Positions 37,725 to 51,339 of a stretch of DNA of 64,000 nt are shown here, piece after piece. The notes under the pieces were generated by a model. The model made no database searches, had not been told where the DNA came from, and saw only the letters and a list, made by a program, of their open reading frames with translations. The stretch comes from Mobula birostris (lineage: Eukaryota). The number at the start of each line of letters is the position of its first letter. The stretch's first letter is position 1. A program made the translations under genes and the position numbers. The DNA lies in assembly GCF_030028105.1 (NCBI RefSeq), contig NC_092374.1:178832057-178896056 (forward strand), in the 5' to 3' direction.

Positions 37725-39249
37725 GGCACAGGTTCAGTGCAGAAAGGGCTCAACCCAGCACTGTGTGTTTACCACGAACAGCACACCGCCTCTGTTTTGT
37801 ATCTGGGCTTGCCTTCTCCACATATTCACATTCCTGCCATTTTTGCTCCTTCTTTTCGCTTGGAGCTGGAGGAGTCACTATGAGTATCCCCTGCTCTCCT
37901 GGAGGATACCCGTCAGCCAGCCCAGGGAGGATCAAGACAGAGCTGGGGCAGACCACTTTTGTTGTCAAGTAATCACAGGAAGCCAACCGAAAACATTGAT
38001 CACATAAAGTCATACAGCAGAGAAAACAGACCATTCAGCCCATCTGGTCTATTTAAGCTAGCCTGCGTTTGACACATATCTTTCCAACCTTTTCCTATCC
38101 GTGCACCTGCCAAAGTTCCTTTTAAGTGTTGTTAATGTTTCTGCTTCAATCACTTCCTCTGGCAGATCATTCCATATACTGAACAGCCTCTTGGTGAAAA
38201 TGCTGCCCCTCGGGTTCCTATTAAGTCTCACCCCTCTTGCTCTAGACCTGTGTCTTCTCGTTTGTGATTCCCCAGCCTGTGACCCTAAGGAACCCTCCCT
38301 GTGATATATAAGGAGACAAAGTACAGGTGACCTTGTAAAAAAATGGACCTCAAAGATAATAATTGTTTGACTATCTGAGCCAATATAAAAATTTGTAAAA
38401 AGCCCGCGGACCAATAGGTTACATGTCATTCTATGATAATGAATGGGATCTACTTTTGAAGTTCAAGTTATCATTCAATCATACACAAGTACCTATGAAT
38501 ACATCCAAATGAAATGTTACTCCGGGGCCAAGGTGCAAAACACCATACCGACAGTTGTACACAGAAGAAGGCACACTTGGCATACATGGCCCATATTAGA
38601 TAGAAGTAAAATGCAGCCACACACAAAAAAAATAGTCCAGGTCCCTGAGTCCATGAATATTGCCGCTGTCTGCAGTCGAACAAAATGCAGGTTGTCTTCC
38701 ACCGAGTGAACACTGCAGAGCAGCACTGACATCAGCTTTGATGCCACACCACACTGCCTCTGGCACTAGCTTTGACGCCTCTCTCCTGCATGGCTGCAAG
38801 GAGGCGATACCAATGCTTGAGACCATGCAGCTCCCCTGCTGTGGGTCCCACCAATAAACTGCATTTGCAGCATTCCACACTACCAATGTCCAACAGGGCC
38901 CTGCGATCACAACAAACATGACTAAAACATCACTCGCTGTCAGACTGCAGACCACCTCCGCACACCAACTCTGATGCCTCTCTGTAACAGGCAGCAATAC
39001 AGTCTGCACCAAGTCCAGCTCCTTTTGTTTCTCCACCAAGCAACTCATTGATAGGGTAGATCTGCGGTATTCTAAGTTCATAATATCCAGCAGGGTCTGC
39101 AATCGTAGAAAGAACATTTAAAAAAAGACAATAACACCTTCGGTCGGCCCTGTAGAAGCCGCTGCATATGAGCATGCTGCCATCTAACCTTACAATCATT
39201 CAGAATTTGATTTTGTCACTTAAGTATGAAAAGACGTAGCTCACTCAGG

Positions 39250-41900
39250 TTCAATGATTACAGACTCATAGAGAAGTACAGCACAGAAACAGGCCATTCA
39301 GCCCATTTAGTCTATGCCGAAGCTACCAACTCCCATCGACCGCAATGGGACCATAGCCCTCCATATCCCTACTATCCATGTACCTTGCCAAACTTCTCTT
39401 AAACTTTGAAATCGAGCTTACATGCACCACTTGTGCTGGAAGCTCATTCCACACTCTCATGGCCCTCTGAGTGAAAAAGTTTTCCCTCATGTTTTCCTTA
39501 AACTTCTCACCTTTCACTCTTAACTCATGATGTCTGGTTGTAGTCCCACCCAACCTCAGTGGAAAAAGCCTCCTTGCATTTACCCTATCTATACCCCTCA
39601 TAATTATGTATACCTCTATCAAATCTCCTCTCAAAGGGCTACATTCTAAAGAATATAGTCCTAAACTATTCAATCTTTCCTTATAACTTAGGTCCTCCAG
39701 ACCTGGCAACATCCTTGTAAATTTTCTCTATACTCTTTCAACCTTGTTTATATCTTCCCTGTAGATAGGTGATCAGAACTATACACAATACTCCGAATTA
39801 GGCCTTGCTAAAATCTTATACAACTTCAACATAACATCCCATCTCCTGTACTCAATACATTGATTTATGAAGGCCAATGTTCCAAAAGCTTTCTTTATGA
39901 CCCTATCTACCTGTGATGCCACTTTAAATGAATTATGGATCTGTATTCCCAGATCCCTTTATTCTACCAAAGTCCCCAGTGCCCTACCATTTACTGTGTA
40001 TGACCTGCCCTGATTAGTCCTACCGAACTGCAACTCCTTACACTTGCCTGCATTCAATTCCATTTGCCATTTTTTCAACTATTTTTCCAGCTGATGCAGT
40101 CCCTCTGCATGCCATAAGACCCTTCCGCACTGTCCACTACAACCCTTTCTTGGTGTCAGAAGCGGGAGGAGAGAAGCAGCGCGCAGCGCGTGCGCAGCCC
40201 TCCGGTGAAAAATGATATTGTATCCATTAAATAGGGGTCGTGGACAATTCTGATTTGATGGAGATGGATGTGAAAGCACAGAGGAACATCTCGAAAAATT
40301 TCCGAAACGCTCATTCGCTGCTGTCGTTACTGTGTTGTCGGAAATCTTTCGGAGGGAAGGCCTCAAAGTCCCCGGCTTTGCCTGCTGGTGGCGACCGAGA
40401 TGGAGGTCGAATCGCTCGGATAGAGATGGTGCTCAGTACTGGGTGTTGGAGAGCTGATCAGAGCTCGAAGTTTTCAGATGACTCAGAGTCAGCCGTGGTC
40501 GGGTATGGCAGGGAGAGTTTTTCTTCTTTCTCCCGACTGCGTGAGATGTGGGACATTTGAGAGACTTTGAACTTTTACTGTGCTCATGGACTTCTTCATC
40601 AAGTTATGGTATTGTTGCACTGTTGTAACTATATGTTATAATTATGTGGTTTTGTTAGTTTTTTTCAGTCTTGGTCTGTCCTGTGTTTTGTGATATCACA
40701 CCGGAGGAAATATTGTATCATTTCTTAATGCATACATTACTAAATGACAATAAAAGAGGACTGCATGTCTTCATAATCTAAAATTTGCTGATCCAGTTAA
40801 CCACATTATCATCCAGATCATTGATATAGATGACAAACAACAAAGTACCCACACCAATTCCTGCAGCACACCACTAGTCACAGACCTCCAATCGGAGAGG
40901 CAACCCTCTACTACCAGTCACTAGCTTCTCCCACAAAACCAATGTCTAATCCAATTTACTCCTTCGTCTTGAACGCTGAGCGGCTAAATCTTTTTGACCT
41001 GCCTCCCCTGCTAGACCTTGTCAAGTACCTTACTAAAGTCCATGTAGACAACATCCACTGCCTTGCCTTCATCCACTTTCCTGGTAACGTCCTTGAAAAA
41101 CTTTATAAGGTTGGTTAGACATGACCTACCACGTCGAAAGCTATGCTGACTATCTTTAATCAGTCCATGTCTATCCAAATATTTACATATCAGTTTCCTT
41201 AGAATACCTTCCAATAACGTTCCCAGTTGATGCTGCTTTGCCTCCCTTCTATAGACTCTGTATCTGTCTCCTGAGTAAATATATACAGATGCAAAGAATG
41301 TATTTAAGGTCTCCCTCATCTGTTCTGGCTCCACACATGGATTACATTCTGGTTTTAGGACTAATTTTGTCCCTTGCAATCCTTTTGCTCTTAACTTATT
41401 TGTAGAATCCCTAGGATTCTCCCTTCACCTTGTCTGCTAGAGCAACTTTGTGCCTATTTTTAGCCTTCCTTATTTCTTTCTTAAGTGTTCTCTTACATTT
41501 TTTATACTCCATAAGCACCTTGTTTGTGCCTACTTGCCTATACTTGCTATGCACCTCCATTTTTCTCTTAACCAGGGCCTTGATATTTCTTGAAGAGCAA
41601 GGTTCCCTACACTTGTTATCTTTGCCTTTTATTCTGAGAGGCACAGATAAGCTTTGTACTCTCATATTTTTTCTTTTCGAAGGCCTCCCACTTTCCAAAT
41701 GCACCTTTGCCAGGAAACAACCTGTCCCAGCTGGATCATTTCAAATAGCATCAAAATTTGCCTGTCTTCAATTTAGAACCTCAAACCACAAACAAGACCC
41801 ATCTTCTTAAATATTCAGTTTGAAACCAATTTACTTTGTGGGCACTGGATACAAAGTGTTTCTGTACACACAGGTCACCTGCCCTGTGTCATTTTCTAAT
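39250..41900 (-). mobile_element. CR1 LINE mosaic (RT and 3' end), interrupted by the 620-bp element
   Basis: LPGLEDLSYKERLNSLGLYSLE; RSCLTNLIKFFKDVTRKVDEGKAVDVVYMDFSK. Confidence 0.8.
40157..40780 (+). mobile_element. About 620-bp non-coding retroposon, copy 2
   Basis: Inverted homolog of 20312-20941; ends AATAAAAGAGGACTGCATGTCTTCATAATCT. Confidence 0.75.
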
Positions 41901-42109
41901 AGCGCATCCAGTATCTCACACACTCTCGTTGGGACTTCTATGTGCTGATGAAGGAAACCTCCCTGAACACATTTGACAAACTCTATCCTATCTAGTCCTT
42001 TTACAGTATGGGAGTCCCAGTGAATACGTGGAAAGTTAAAATCATCTACTATAACAACCTTATGTTTCTTGCTAACAACTTTATGTTTCTAATGATTGAG
42101 TACATAAGG

Positions 42110-43450
42110 CGTTGATCAGAGGCAGTTTGGTGTTTGAAAAGTGGCCAGTCAGCGATTAGCAAGAACAAATAAAGATAAGGCAGGGCAAGCAGAGCGGCAA
42201 TTGTTGGAGTTTTCTTTGTTGGCGTGGACAGAGTGAGAGTAGTTTTTGAGGCTTTACCTCTTCGAGGCTTCAGTGAGGAGAGGCTTGAGTGAGAGAAGGC
42301 GAAAAAGCTCCAGGTAGATTTTTTCCACAGTTTATTTATTGTTTCCTTCTTTATATTTGCACTGTCAAAAATGTGGGGATGCCGGGCAGAATAGTTGAAT
42401 GTGGGACGTGAGGAGGCAAGGAGACCTTCAGTGTCCCTGATGTTTTCACCTGCAAGAAGTGCATCCAGCTGCAGCTTCTAACACTCCGTGTGAAGGATTT
42501 GGAACTGGAACTGAATGAACTCCGGGTCTCTGTGGTCTCTCACTGGGCTTTCTTCCAGGAAAGGTGGGACTGACTAGAAGAAACAGTTTGTGCCTGAACA
42601 GGATGGTACTAATAACCTATCAGGCTTTAAACTAGAGTTGCTCGGGGGTGGGGGGGGGCAGCGGGATAGGGGAGGAATCCAGAGTGCCAGAACAGATGAT
42701 GGAAAGGTTGTGAAAAAAAATGTTGCTGACATTTCAGAAAAAGTCACGAATCAAAAGGTCCTTCATTGAACTGAGCTGTGTGTATGTCAATGCAAGAAGT
42801 ATTGTAAGAAAGGCAGGTGAGCTCAGGGCATGGATCAACACATGGAATGATCATATTGAAGCTATTATTGAGACCAGGTTGCAGGAGGGGCAGGTACCTC
42901 AATATTCCGGTGTTCCATTGTTTAAGACGTGACAGGACAGGAGGAGGGGTGGTGTTACTAGAGAAAATTTCAAAAAGTGCTCAGAAAGGACTGACTAGTG
43001 AAGTTTTATGGGTGGAACTGAGGAATAAGAAAGACATGCAACACACATAAGAACTGCTGGTGGAACGCAGCAGGCCAGGTAGCATCTATAGGAAGAGGTA
43101 CAGTCGATGCTCCACCAGCATTTTTTGTGTGTTGTTTGAATTTCCAGCATCTGCAGATTTCCTCGTGTTTGCAAATAAGAAAGACATGACCTTGTTCATG
43201 GGGCTATATTACTGACTACCCAACAGTCTGTGGGATTTAGAGGAACAAATTTGTGGAGAGATCGCAAACTGTTGCAAGAAACATAAGGTTGTTATAGTAG
43301 GTCATTTTAACTTTACACACATGGACTAGTCCTCCCATTCTGTAAAAGATGGACTAGTGTTTAACAAATGTGTTTCGGAAAGTTTCCTGAATCAGTACAT
43401 GGAAGTCCCAATGAGAGAGTGTGCGATACTTGAGCTGCTATTAAAGTTCA
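42110..43450 (+). mobile_element. CR1 5' region (ORF1 zinc/leucine-zipper remnant and endonuclease start)
   Basis: ETFSVPDVFTCKKCIQLQLLTLRVKDLELELNELR; CVYVNARSIVRKAGELRAWI..AIIETRL. Confidence 0.7.
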
Positions 43451-44049
43451 AAAAGTTCAAAGTTCAAACTAAATTTATTATCAGAGTACATACATGTCAC
43501 CACATACAATCCTGAGATTCTTTTTCCTGCGGGCATACTTAGCAAATCTATAGAACAGTAACAGTAAATGGGATCAATGAACAATAAACTGTGCAAGTAC
43601 AGATGTAAATAAATAGCAATAAATAACAAGCATGAAATAACAAGATAAATGAGTCCTTTAATGAGTGTAGTTATCCCCCATTGTTCTACAGCCTGATGGG
43701 TGAGGTATAGTAACTGTTCTTGAATCTGTTGGTATGAATCCCGAGGCATCTCTACCTTCTACCTGATGGCAGCAGCTAGAAAAGAGCATGGCCTGGGTGG
43801 TGAGGATCTTTGATAATGGATGCTGGAAGTAGAGGCACTGTCATGCTAAGGAATGAGAGAGGGCAGGTAACAGAAGTTTGTGTGAGGGAATACTTTGCAT
43901 CTAGTAATCGTAATGCCAATAGTTTCAAAGTGAAAATGGAAAAGGATAGGTCTGGTCTGTGGTTTGAGATTCTAAATTGTAGAAAGGCCAATTTCGATGG
44001 CATCAGAAAGGATCTGACTAGTTTTCTGGTAAAGGTGAATTTGGCCTTC

Positions 44050-46310
44050 ATAAGAGAATTTCTGTGAAGACAAAGCTTGTATGTGCCTATTAAAAAAGTA
44101 AAGATAAAGCAAAATGGCAGTGGAGAACATCTAGGAAGAGTTTAAAACACCAGTGACAGAAGTTGCGGAAAAGACTTTGGGTTATCGGAAAAAGAGCAAA
44201 AGACATAACCCTTGGTTCACCGATGAGTTGAGAAAGTTAACTGAAGAAAGAAAGAAGGTAAAACATCGGGATAATGAACAAAGCCCTGTGGTAAACCATA
44301 TATATATATATGTTATAACTTGGTTACCTGTCTGGACACACCCCTCTGCTGACTGCTCCTGTGGCTCCTCCCACAGACCCCTGAATAAAGGTGATTGTGC
44401 CATTGCTCCTCCTCTCAGTCCAGGGCAGATACTCAGCATGGTGGAGGTCACATTTTACTGCTAATAAAAGCCTTTCAGTATTTACTTTACTTCCAGTCTT
44501 TTGGAGTTATTGATAGTGCATCAAGCCCTACACTGCTTGATTCAAAGAAAATGCAAGGAAGCAAAAGAGAATTGGATGAATGAACGGTGCAAAGAAATTG
44601 AGCAGTATGAACAAAGTCTTGATTACAGAGGCCTTCACCAAAAGGTAAAGGATATGACGAAATTAAAGAGGACCATGCCATCAATTGGGTGTATCGAAGA
44701 CAGTAGTGGTAATCCATGCTATGAAAAAGAAGAGGTCATGGACAGACGGGTTAAGTACATCTTGGAATTATTTGAAGATAACAGGATTAAGGATTTACCA
44801 GAATTAAATCAAATGACTAATCAACCTAAAATATTGATGTCAGAGATGGAAAGTGCGATTTGGAGTCTAAAAGTCAAAAAGGTGGCTGGTGAAGATACGA
44901 TTTCCATTGAAATCCTGATATCACTTGGTCCGAACGGAAAAAAACAAACCTTTTAGCGATATTAAACAACAGTATTATGACTTTCTCAAATCGGTATTTA
45001 TTGCCTTACCAAAAAGGCCAAGGATGATAAGATGTAATGAACACAGGACGATAAACATAATGTCTCATTGCGTCAAGCTACTGTTGAAAATAGTGTTCGG
45101 CAGAATGAAAGGTACAATCAGCGATGAAATTGGAGAAACAGTCTGGTTTTCATAAAGGCTCAGGAATAAGGGAATGAATATTTGCGTTGAGAAGCATCAT
45201 GGAGAGATGCACTGAGGCACAAAAGACCATTTACTTATGTTTATTGACTATGAAAAGGCTTTTGATAAAGTAAGACACAAGAAAGTAATAGAAGTGCTGA
45301 ACAAGTTCAATCTGGGATGGGAGAATGTGCAGATAATAAGGAACTTGGATTGGAAACAGAAAGCAGTGGTCAGGGTAGAAAAAGAGCTATCACCATGGGC
45401 ATGTATTAAACCAGGCATAAGGCAAGGCTGTGTTGTACCGCTGGATTTGTTCAACCTCTACGGAGAATGGATTTTTCGGGAATGCAACCATCAGGAGACA
45501 GGTATTCCAATCGGAGGCTGGAGGTGGATAACATCAGGTATGTGGACGACACCGCGTTGTTAGCGAATGTGAACTGCCAATTATGCTGAATAAAGTGAAT
45601 GAGCAAAGCCTTGACTACGGACTAAAGATCAACCCTAAGAAAACAAAATCGATGGTGGTAAGCAAAGTAAGCTCTAAAGACTCATTCATGATGATATCGT
45701 TACAAGTGAATGGACAAGACATTGAACAGGTGTGAAAGTTTGAATATCTTGGCAGTTGTCTGACAGATGACGGGAGATGTGAAGTTGAGATCAGAAGGAG
45801 AATAGGTATGCTAAGACCCAGTTCATGAAGCTAAAGGATCTACTATGCAGTAGAATTCACTTCCTCGGGTGTTATGTATGGTCAGTGCTGAGGTGTGGAT
45901 CAGAAACATGGACCCTGAAGAAGGATGACATAAAACGAATGAATGCTTTTGAAATGTGCTCCTATTGACGAATGTAGAAGATCAGCTGGGTAGAGAAAGT
46001 TTCAAATGAGAGGGTTTTTGTCTGAAGTTGGTAGACCACGGATATTGCTGGAGAAGATTATGAAGTTAAAAGTTGCTTATTGTGGACACGTTATGCAGAG
46101 AGATAACATCTTGTTGGATTTGGTATATGGAAAGGTGGAGGGAAAGAAAGAAAGAGGAAGGCAAAGAACAAATTGGCTGGATATCAAGAAGGATTGGACA
46201 AAGCTGGACAAGACTAGGGATGTTGTGGACAAGTGTTGGGACAGAGAAGCATGGAGGGAAATAGCCCGCCAACTGGAAATTCCAGATGCGACCTAATGAC
46301 GGCAAAAGAT
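44050..46310 (+). mobile_element. RTE-clade LINE, 5'-truncated, frameshifted
   Basis: CKEAKENWMNERCKEIE; HRTINIMSHCVKLLLKI; FIDYEKAFDKVRH; GIRQGCV; YGKVEGKKERGRQRTNWLDI..WDREAWR. Confidence 0.85.
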
Positions 46311-47645
46311 AATGGGTTTAGGGATCCTTGGTTTTCAAGAGATATTGAAGCCCTGGTAATGAAAATTGGGAGATGCATAGCAGGTATAGGCAGGTAGGAA
46401 CAAATGAGGTACTTATGGAGTATAAGAAATGCAAGAGAACACTTAAGGAAGAAATCAGAAATTGCAGGGGCTCTGGCAGAGATATTTAAATCATCCTTAG
46501 CGACAGGTGACGTACCAAAGGATTGGAGAACTGCTAATGTTGTTCCACTCTAAAAGGCCCTAAAACTAAACCAAGAAATTATAGGCTGGTGAGTCTAACA
46601 TCATAGTAGGAAAGCTATTGAAAGGTATTCGGGTCTGAACATATAGGTATTTGGTTAGATGGGGAATGATCAGGGATAGTCAGCATGGCTTTGAGAGTGG
46701 TAGGTGATGTCTAAGAAAACTTACAGAGTTTTTCAAGGAAGCTACCAGGAAAGTTGATGAAGGCAAGGCAATGGATATTGACTACATTGAATTTAGCAAG
46801 GCATTTGACATGTCTTACATGGGAGGTTGGTCAGTAAGATTCAGTTGCTTGGCATTGAATATGAGTTAGTAAATTGGATTAGACATTGGCTTTGTGGGTG
46901 AAGCCAGACTGGAGGACTCTGACTAGTGGAGTGCCGGTGACTGCTGTGTCTGTTAATATTTGTCATCTATATCAATCATCTGGATGATAATGTGGTTAAC
47001 TAGATTAGCAAATTTGCAGATGACACCAATATTGTGAGGAAGACTATCAGAGCTCACATCAGGATCTGGACCAGCTGGAAAAATGGGACTGAAAAATGGC
47101 AGATGGAATTTAATGCAGACAAGTGTGAGGTGTTGCACTTCAGTAGGACTAACCAGGGTAGGTCTTACATGGTGAGCAGCAAGGCACTGAATGCGATAGA
47201 ACAAAGGGATCGGGGAATACAGGTCCATAATTCGTTGAAAATGGCATCACAGGTAGATAGTGTTATAAAGAAAGCTTTTAGCACATTGGCCTTCATATGC
47301 CAAAGTGCAGCGTACAGGAGATGGGATGTTATGTTGAAATTGTATATGAGGCCTAGTGAGTACTGTGTACAGTTTTGGTCACCTACCTACAGGATGTAAA
47401 TAAGGCTGAGAGAGAGTACAGAAAAATTACAAGGATGCTGCTGGGACTGGAGGACCTGAGTAACAAGTACAGATTGACTAGGTCAGGGCGTTATTCTCTG
47501 GAACGTAGAAGACTGAGGGCAGATTTGATCGAGGTATACAAAAATATGAGGGGTATAGATAGGATAAATGCAAGCAGCCTTTTCCGCTGAGGTTGGGTGG
47601 GATTACAACGAAAGATGATGAATTAAGAGTGAAAGGTGAAGAGTA
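46310..47645 (+). mobile_element. Outer (older) CR1; its 3' end resumes at about 49915-50150
   Basis: WQMEFNADKCEVLHF; RRRLRADLIEVYK. The GTGAAAGGTGAAGAGT..AAGGGGAACATG motif is split by nested inserts. Confidence 0.75.
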
Positions 47646-47659
47646 TAAGACCATAAGAC

Positions 47660-49757
47660 AAAGATGTGATTGGTAGGTGGGAAGCCTTCAAAGGGGAAAT
47701 ATTGAGAGTGCAGAGTTTGTATGTTCCTGTCAGAATTAAAGGCAAATTGAATAGGAATAAGGAACCTTGCAACTCTGATAAAGAAGAAGAGGGAGTTGTA
47801 TGAAATGTATAGGAAACAGGGAGTAAATCAGGTGCTTGAGGAGTATAAGAAGTGCAAGAAAATACTTAAAAAAGTAATCAGGAGGGCGAAAAGAAGACAT
47901 GAGGTTGCCTTGGCAGTCAAAGTGAAGGATAATCCAAAGAGCTTCTACCGGTATATTAAGAGCAAAAGGATTGTAAGGGATACAATTGGTCCTCTTGAAG
48001 ATCAGAGTGGTCGGCTTTGTGCGGAACCAAAGGAAATGGGGGAGATCTTAAATAGGTTTTTTGCGTCTGTATTTACTAAGGAAACTGACATGAAGTCTAT
48101 GGAATTGAGGGAATCAAGCAGTGAAATCATGGAAACTGTACAGATTGAAAAGGAGGAGGTGCTTGCTGTCCTGAGGAAAATTAAAGTGGATAAATCCCCA
48201 GGATCTGACAGAGTGTTCCCTCAGACCTTGAAGGAGACTAGTGTTGAAATTGCGGGGGCCCTGGCAGAAATACTTAAAATGTCGTTCTCTACGGGTGAGG
48301 TGCCGGAGGATTGGAGAGTGGCTCATGTTGTTCCGTTGTTTAAAAAAGGATCGAAAAGTAATCCGGGAAATTGTAGGCCAGTGAGTTTAACGTCGGTAGT
48401 GGGTAAGTTATTGGAGGGAGTACTAAGAGACAGAATCTACAGGCATTTGGATAGACAGGGACTTATTAGGGAGAGTCAACATGGCTTTGTACATGGTAGG
48501 GCATGTGTGACCAATCTATTGGAGTTTTTCGAGGAGGTTACCAGGAAAGTGAATGAAGGGAAGGCAGTGGATATTGTCTACATGGATTTCAGTAAGGCCC
48601 TCGACAAGGTCCCGCATGGGAGGTTAGTTAGGAAAATTTAGTCGCTAGGTATACATGGAGACGTGGTAAATTGGATTAGACATTGGCTCAATGGAAGAAG
48701 CCAAAGAGTGGTGGTAGAGAATTGCTTCTCTGAGTGGAGGCCTGTGACTAGTGCTGTGCCACAGGGATCAGCGCTGGGTCCATTGTTATTTGTCATCTAT
48801 ATCAATGATCTGGATCATAATGTGGTAAATTGGATCAGCAAATTTGCTGATGATACAAAGACTGGAGGTGTAGTAGACAGTGAGGAAGGTTTTCAGAGCC
48901 TGCAGAGGGACTTGGACCAGCTGGAAAAATGGGCTGAAAAATAGCAGATGGAGTTTAATACAGACAAGTGTGAGGTATTGCACGTTGGAAGGGCAAACCA
49001 AGGTAGAACATATAGGGTTAATGGTAAGGCACTGAAGAGTGCAGTAGAACAGAGGGATCTGGGAATACAGATACAAAATTCCCTAAAAGTGGCGTCACAA
49101 GTAGATAGGGTCATAAAGAGAGCTTTTGGTACATTGGCCTTTATTAATCAAAGTATTGAGTATAAGAGCTGGAATGTTATGATGAGGTTGTTTAAGGCAT
49201 TGGTGAGGCCGAATCTGGAGTATTGTGTTCCGTTTTGGTCACCAAATTACAGGAAGGATATAAATAAGGTTGAAAGAGTGCAAAGAAGGTTTACGAGGAT
49301 GTTGCCAGGACTTGAGAAACTCAGTTACAGAGAAAGGTTGAATAGGTTAGGACTTTATTCCCTGAAGCATAGAAGAATGAGGGGAGATTTGATAGAGGTA
49401 TATAAAATTATGAGGGGTATAGATAGAGTGAATGCAAGCAGGCTTTTTCCACTGAGGCAAGGGGAGAAAAAAACCAGAGGATATGGGTTAAGGGTGAGGG
49501 GGGAAAAGTTTAAAGGGAACATTAGGGGGGGCTTCTTAACACAAAGAGTGGTGGGAGTATGGAATGAGCTGCCAGATGAGGTGGTAAATGCGGGTTCTTT
49601 TTTAACATTTAAGAATAAATTGGACAGATACATGGATGGGAGGTGTATGGAGGGATATGGTCCGTGTGCAGGTCAGTGGGACTAGGCAGAAAATGGTTTG
49701 GCACAGCCAAGAAGGGCCAAAAGGCCTGTTTCTGTGCTGTAGTTTCTATGGTTTCTA
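47660..49757 (+). mobile_element. Young CR1 LINE, 5'-truncated ORF2 in one frame with two nonsense codons
   Basis: ORFs 47796-48641, 48663-48944 and 48948-49685 are in the same frame (TAG at 48639 and 48942). [26 protein letters not shown] and KFADDTK motifs; (TTTCTATGG)n tail. Confidence 0.92.
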
Positions 49758-50749
49758 TGGAGCAGAAGTCGGCCATTCAGCCCATCGAGTCTGCTCCGCC
49801 ATTTTATCATGAGCTGATCCATTCTCCCATTTAGCCCTACTCCCCCCACCCCTTCTCACCATAACCTTTGATGCCCTGGCTACTCAGATACCTATCAATC
49901 TCTGCCTTAAATACAAGGGGAACATGCGAGGAAACGTCTTCACTCTGAAGGTTGTGAGAGTGCAGAACGAGCTGCCAGCACAAGTGGTGCATGTAAGCTT
50001 GATTTCAATGTTAAAGGAAGTTTGGATAGGTACATGGATAGTAGAGGTTTGGATGGCTGTGGTCCTGGTACAGGTCAAAAGGACTAGGCAGTTTAATTGG
50101 TAGGGGACAGTCTAGATGGACTGAAGGACCTGTTTCTGTGCTGTACTTTGCAAAAAACTCCATAAGTCAGAAAATACACAAAAATTTCTGGCTACGGTAA
50201 CCATAACTCCACAATGATGCAAGGAATGGCAGCAAAATACACACAAAGCTGACAAGGAAGAACAAGTGGAGAGTGAGAGGAAATTTGTTCTGCTGTTCAT
50301 TAGAACAAATGTACATCCATAGAGTGATAGGGTACTAAGGCACAGAAATAGACCGTTCAGTGTTCATGCTGGAACATACTACTGAACTAGAATATGAGCC
50401 ATGATCTGGAACATAAGAAAATAGCAGCAGGATAGGCCAAGCCTGCCTTGTCATTCAGTATGGGTGATCTGCTCCAGGCCTCATCTATTTCTCTGTGTAG
50501 GACCTCTGCTCGCCTTAATAAATGGGGAAGCAGGTTTAGAAGGCTGGATTGCCCATTCCTGAAGCAATTTCTCATGTCCTTAAAAAAAGAGTACAAGGAA
50601 CTGACAGTGTAAATCGTCTTCCTTCTCAAAAGAGGGCACAAAAGACATACCAGAAATTGAGAGAGAGGGGGAAATAAAGTACTACTGAGAGCCATAGTCA
50701 TACAGCATGGAAGTGGATCCTGTATGGATTGACCCTATCTGTGCACTTC

Positions 50750-50980
50750 ATGCTTTTAAATACCTCTATAAGATCACCCCCAGTCTCATATGCTCCAATG
50801 TAAAAGGTCCCTACCTGCTCAACCTAACTCCATAACTCAGTCTCCGGAGTCCAAGCAGCACCCTGGTAATTCTCCTCTGCACTTTTTCCGGTTTAACAGC
50901 ATATTTTCTATTCTGGGGTAACCAAAACTGAACACAATATTCCAAATGCGACCTCACCAGCGTCTAGTACAACTTCTAGT
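50750..50980 (-). mobile_element. Degenerate CR1 fragment
   Basis: Minus frame KLY*TLVRSHLEYCVQFW. Confidence 0.65.
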
Positions 50981-51339
50981 GTACAATTTACCAAAAAAAA
51001 ATTGAACGCGATCCAAAACCATAAATTCTCCGACATTTAAAATGTTTCGATCTGCAACATTAATTGTGTTTATCTCTCTGTAGACACGGCTTAGGAATTT
51101 TAGGAGATTCTGTTTTCAGTTCTGGAAATCCCCTGGATTCAATTTCCTCCCCTACTTTACAATTTTGAAACTGCTGCAGTAGGGACGATATTGTTCTTGA
51201 GTCTCCAATATTCTCTAAATTCTGAGCATTGAAAATTGAAAATAAAGAAGACTGACACATTTAGGCCTCAACTGAAGTGATTGTGAGATTAACAATATGT
51301 TCAGCTTCAATCACACCGTAAATTGACTTTGGGGCCGCA

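Noticed and set aside
42645-42680. G-rich runs with G-quadruplex potential (also near 3001 and 7385)
   Set aside because: They are ordinary G-tracts of CR1 and Penelope-derived repeats.
50958-51036. Longer phase-1 signal-peptide-like exon MSENLWFWIAFNFFLVNCTLEVVLDAG with a GTGAG donor
   Set aside because: Its 3' part and donor come from a CR1 fragment (..TLVRSHLEYC..), so the Ig-leader look is probably coincidental. The shorter version is kept only as a low-confidence finding.
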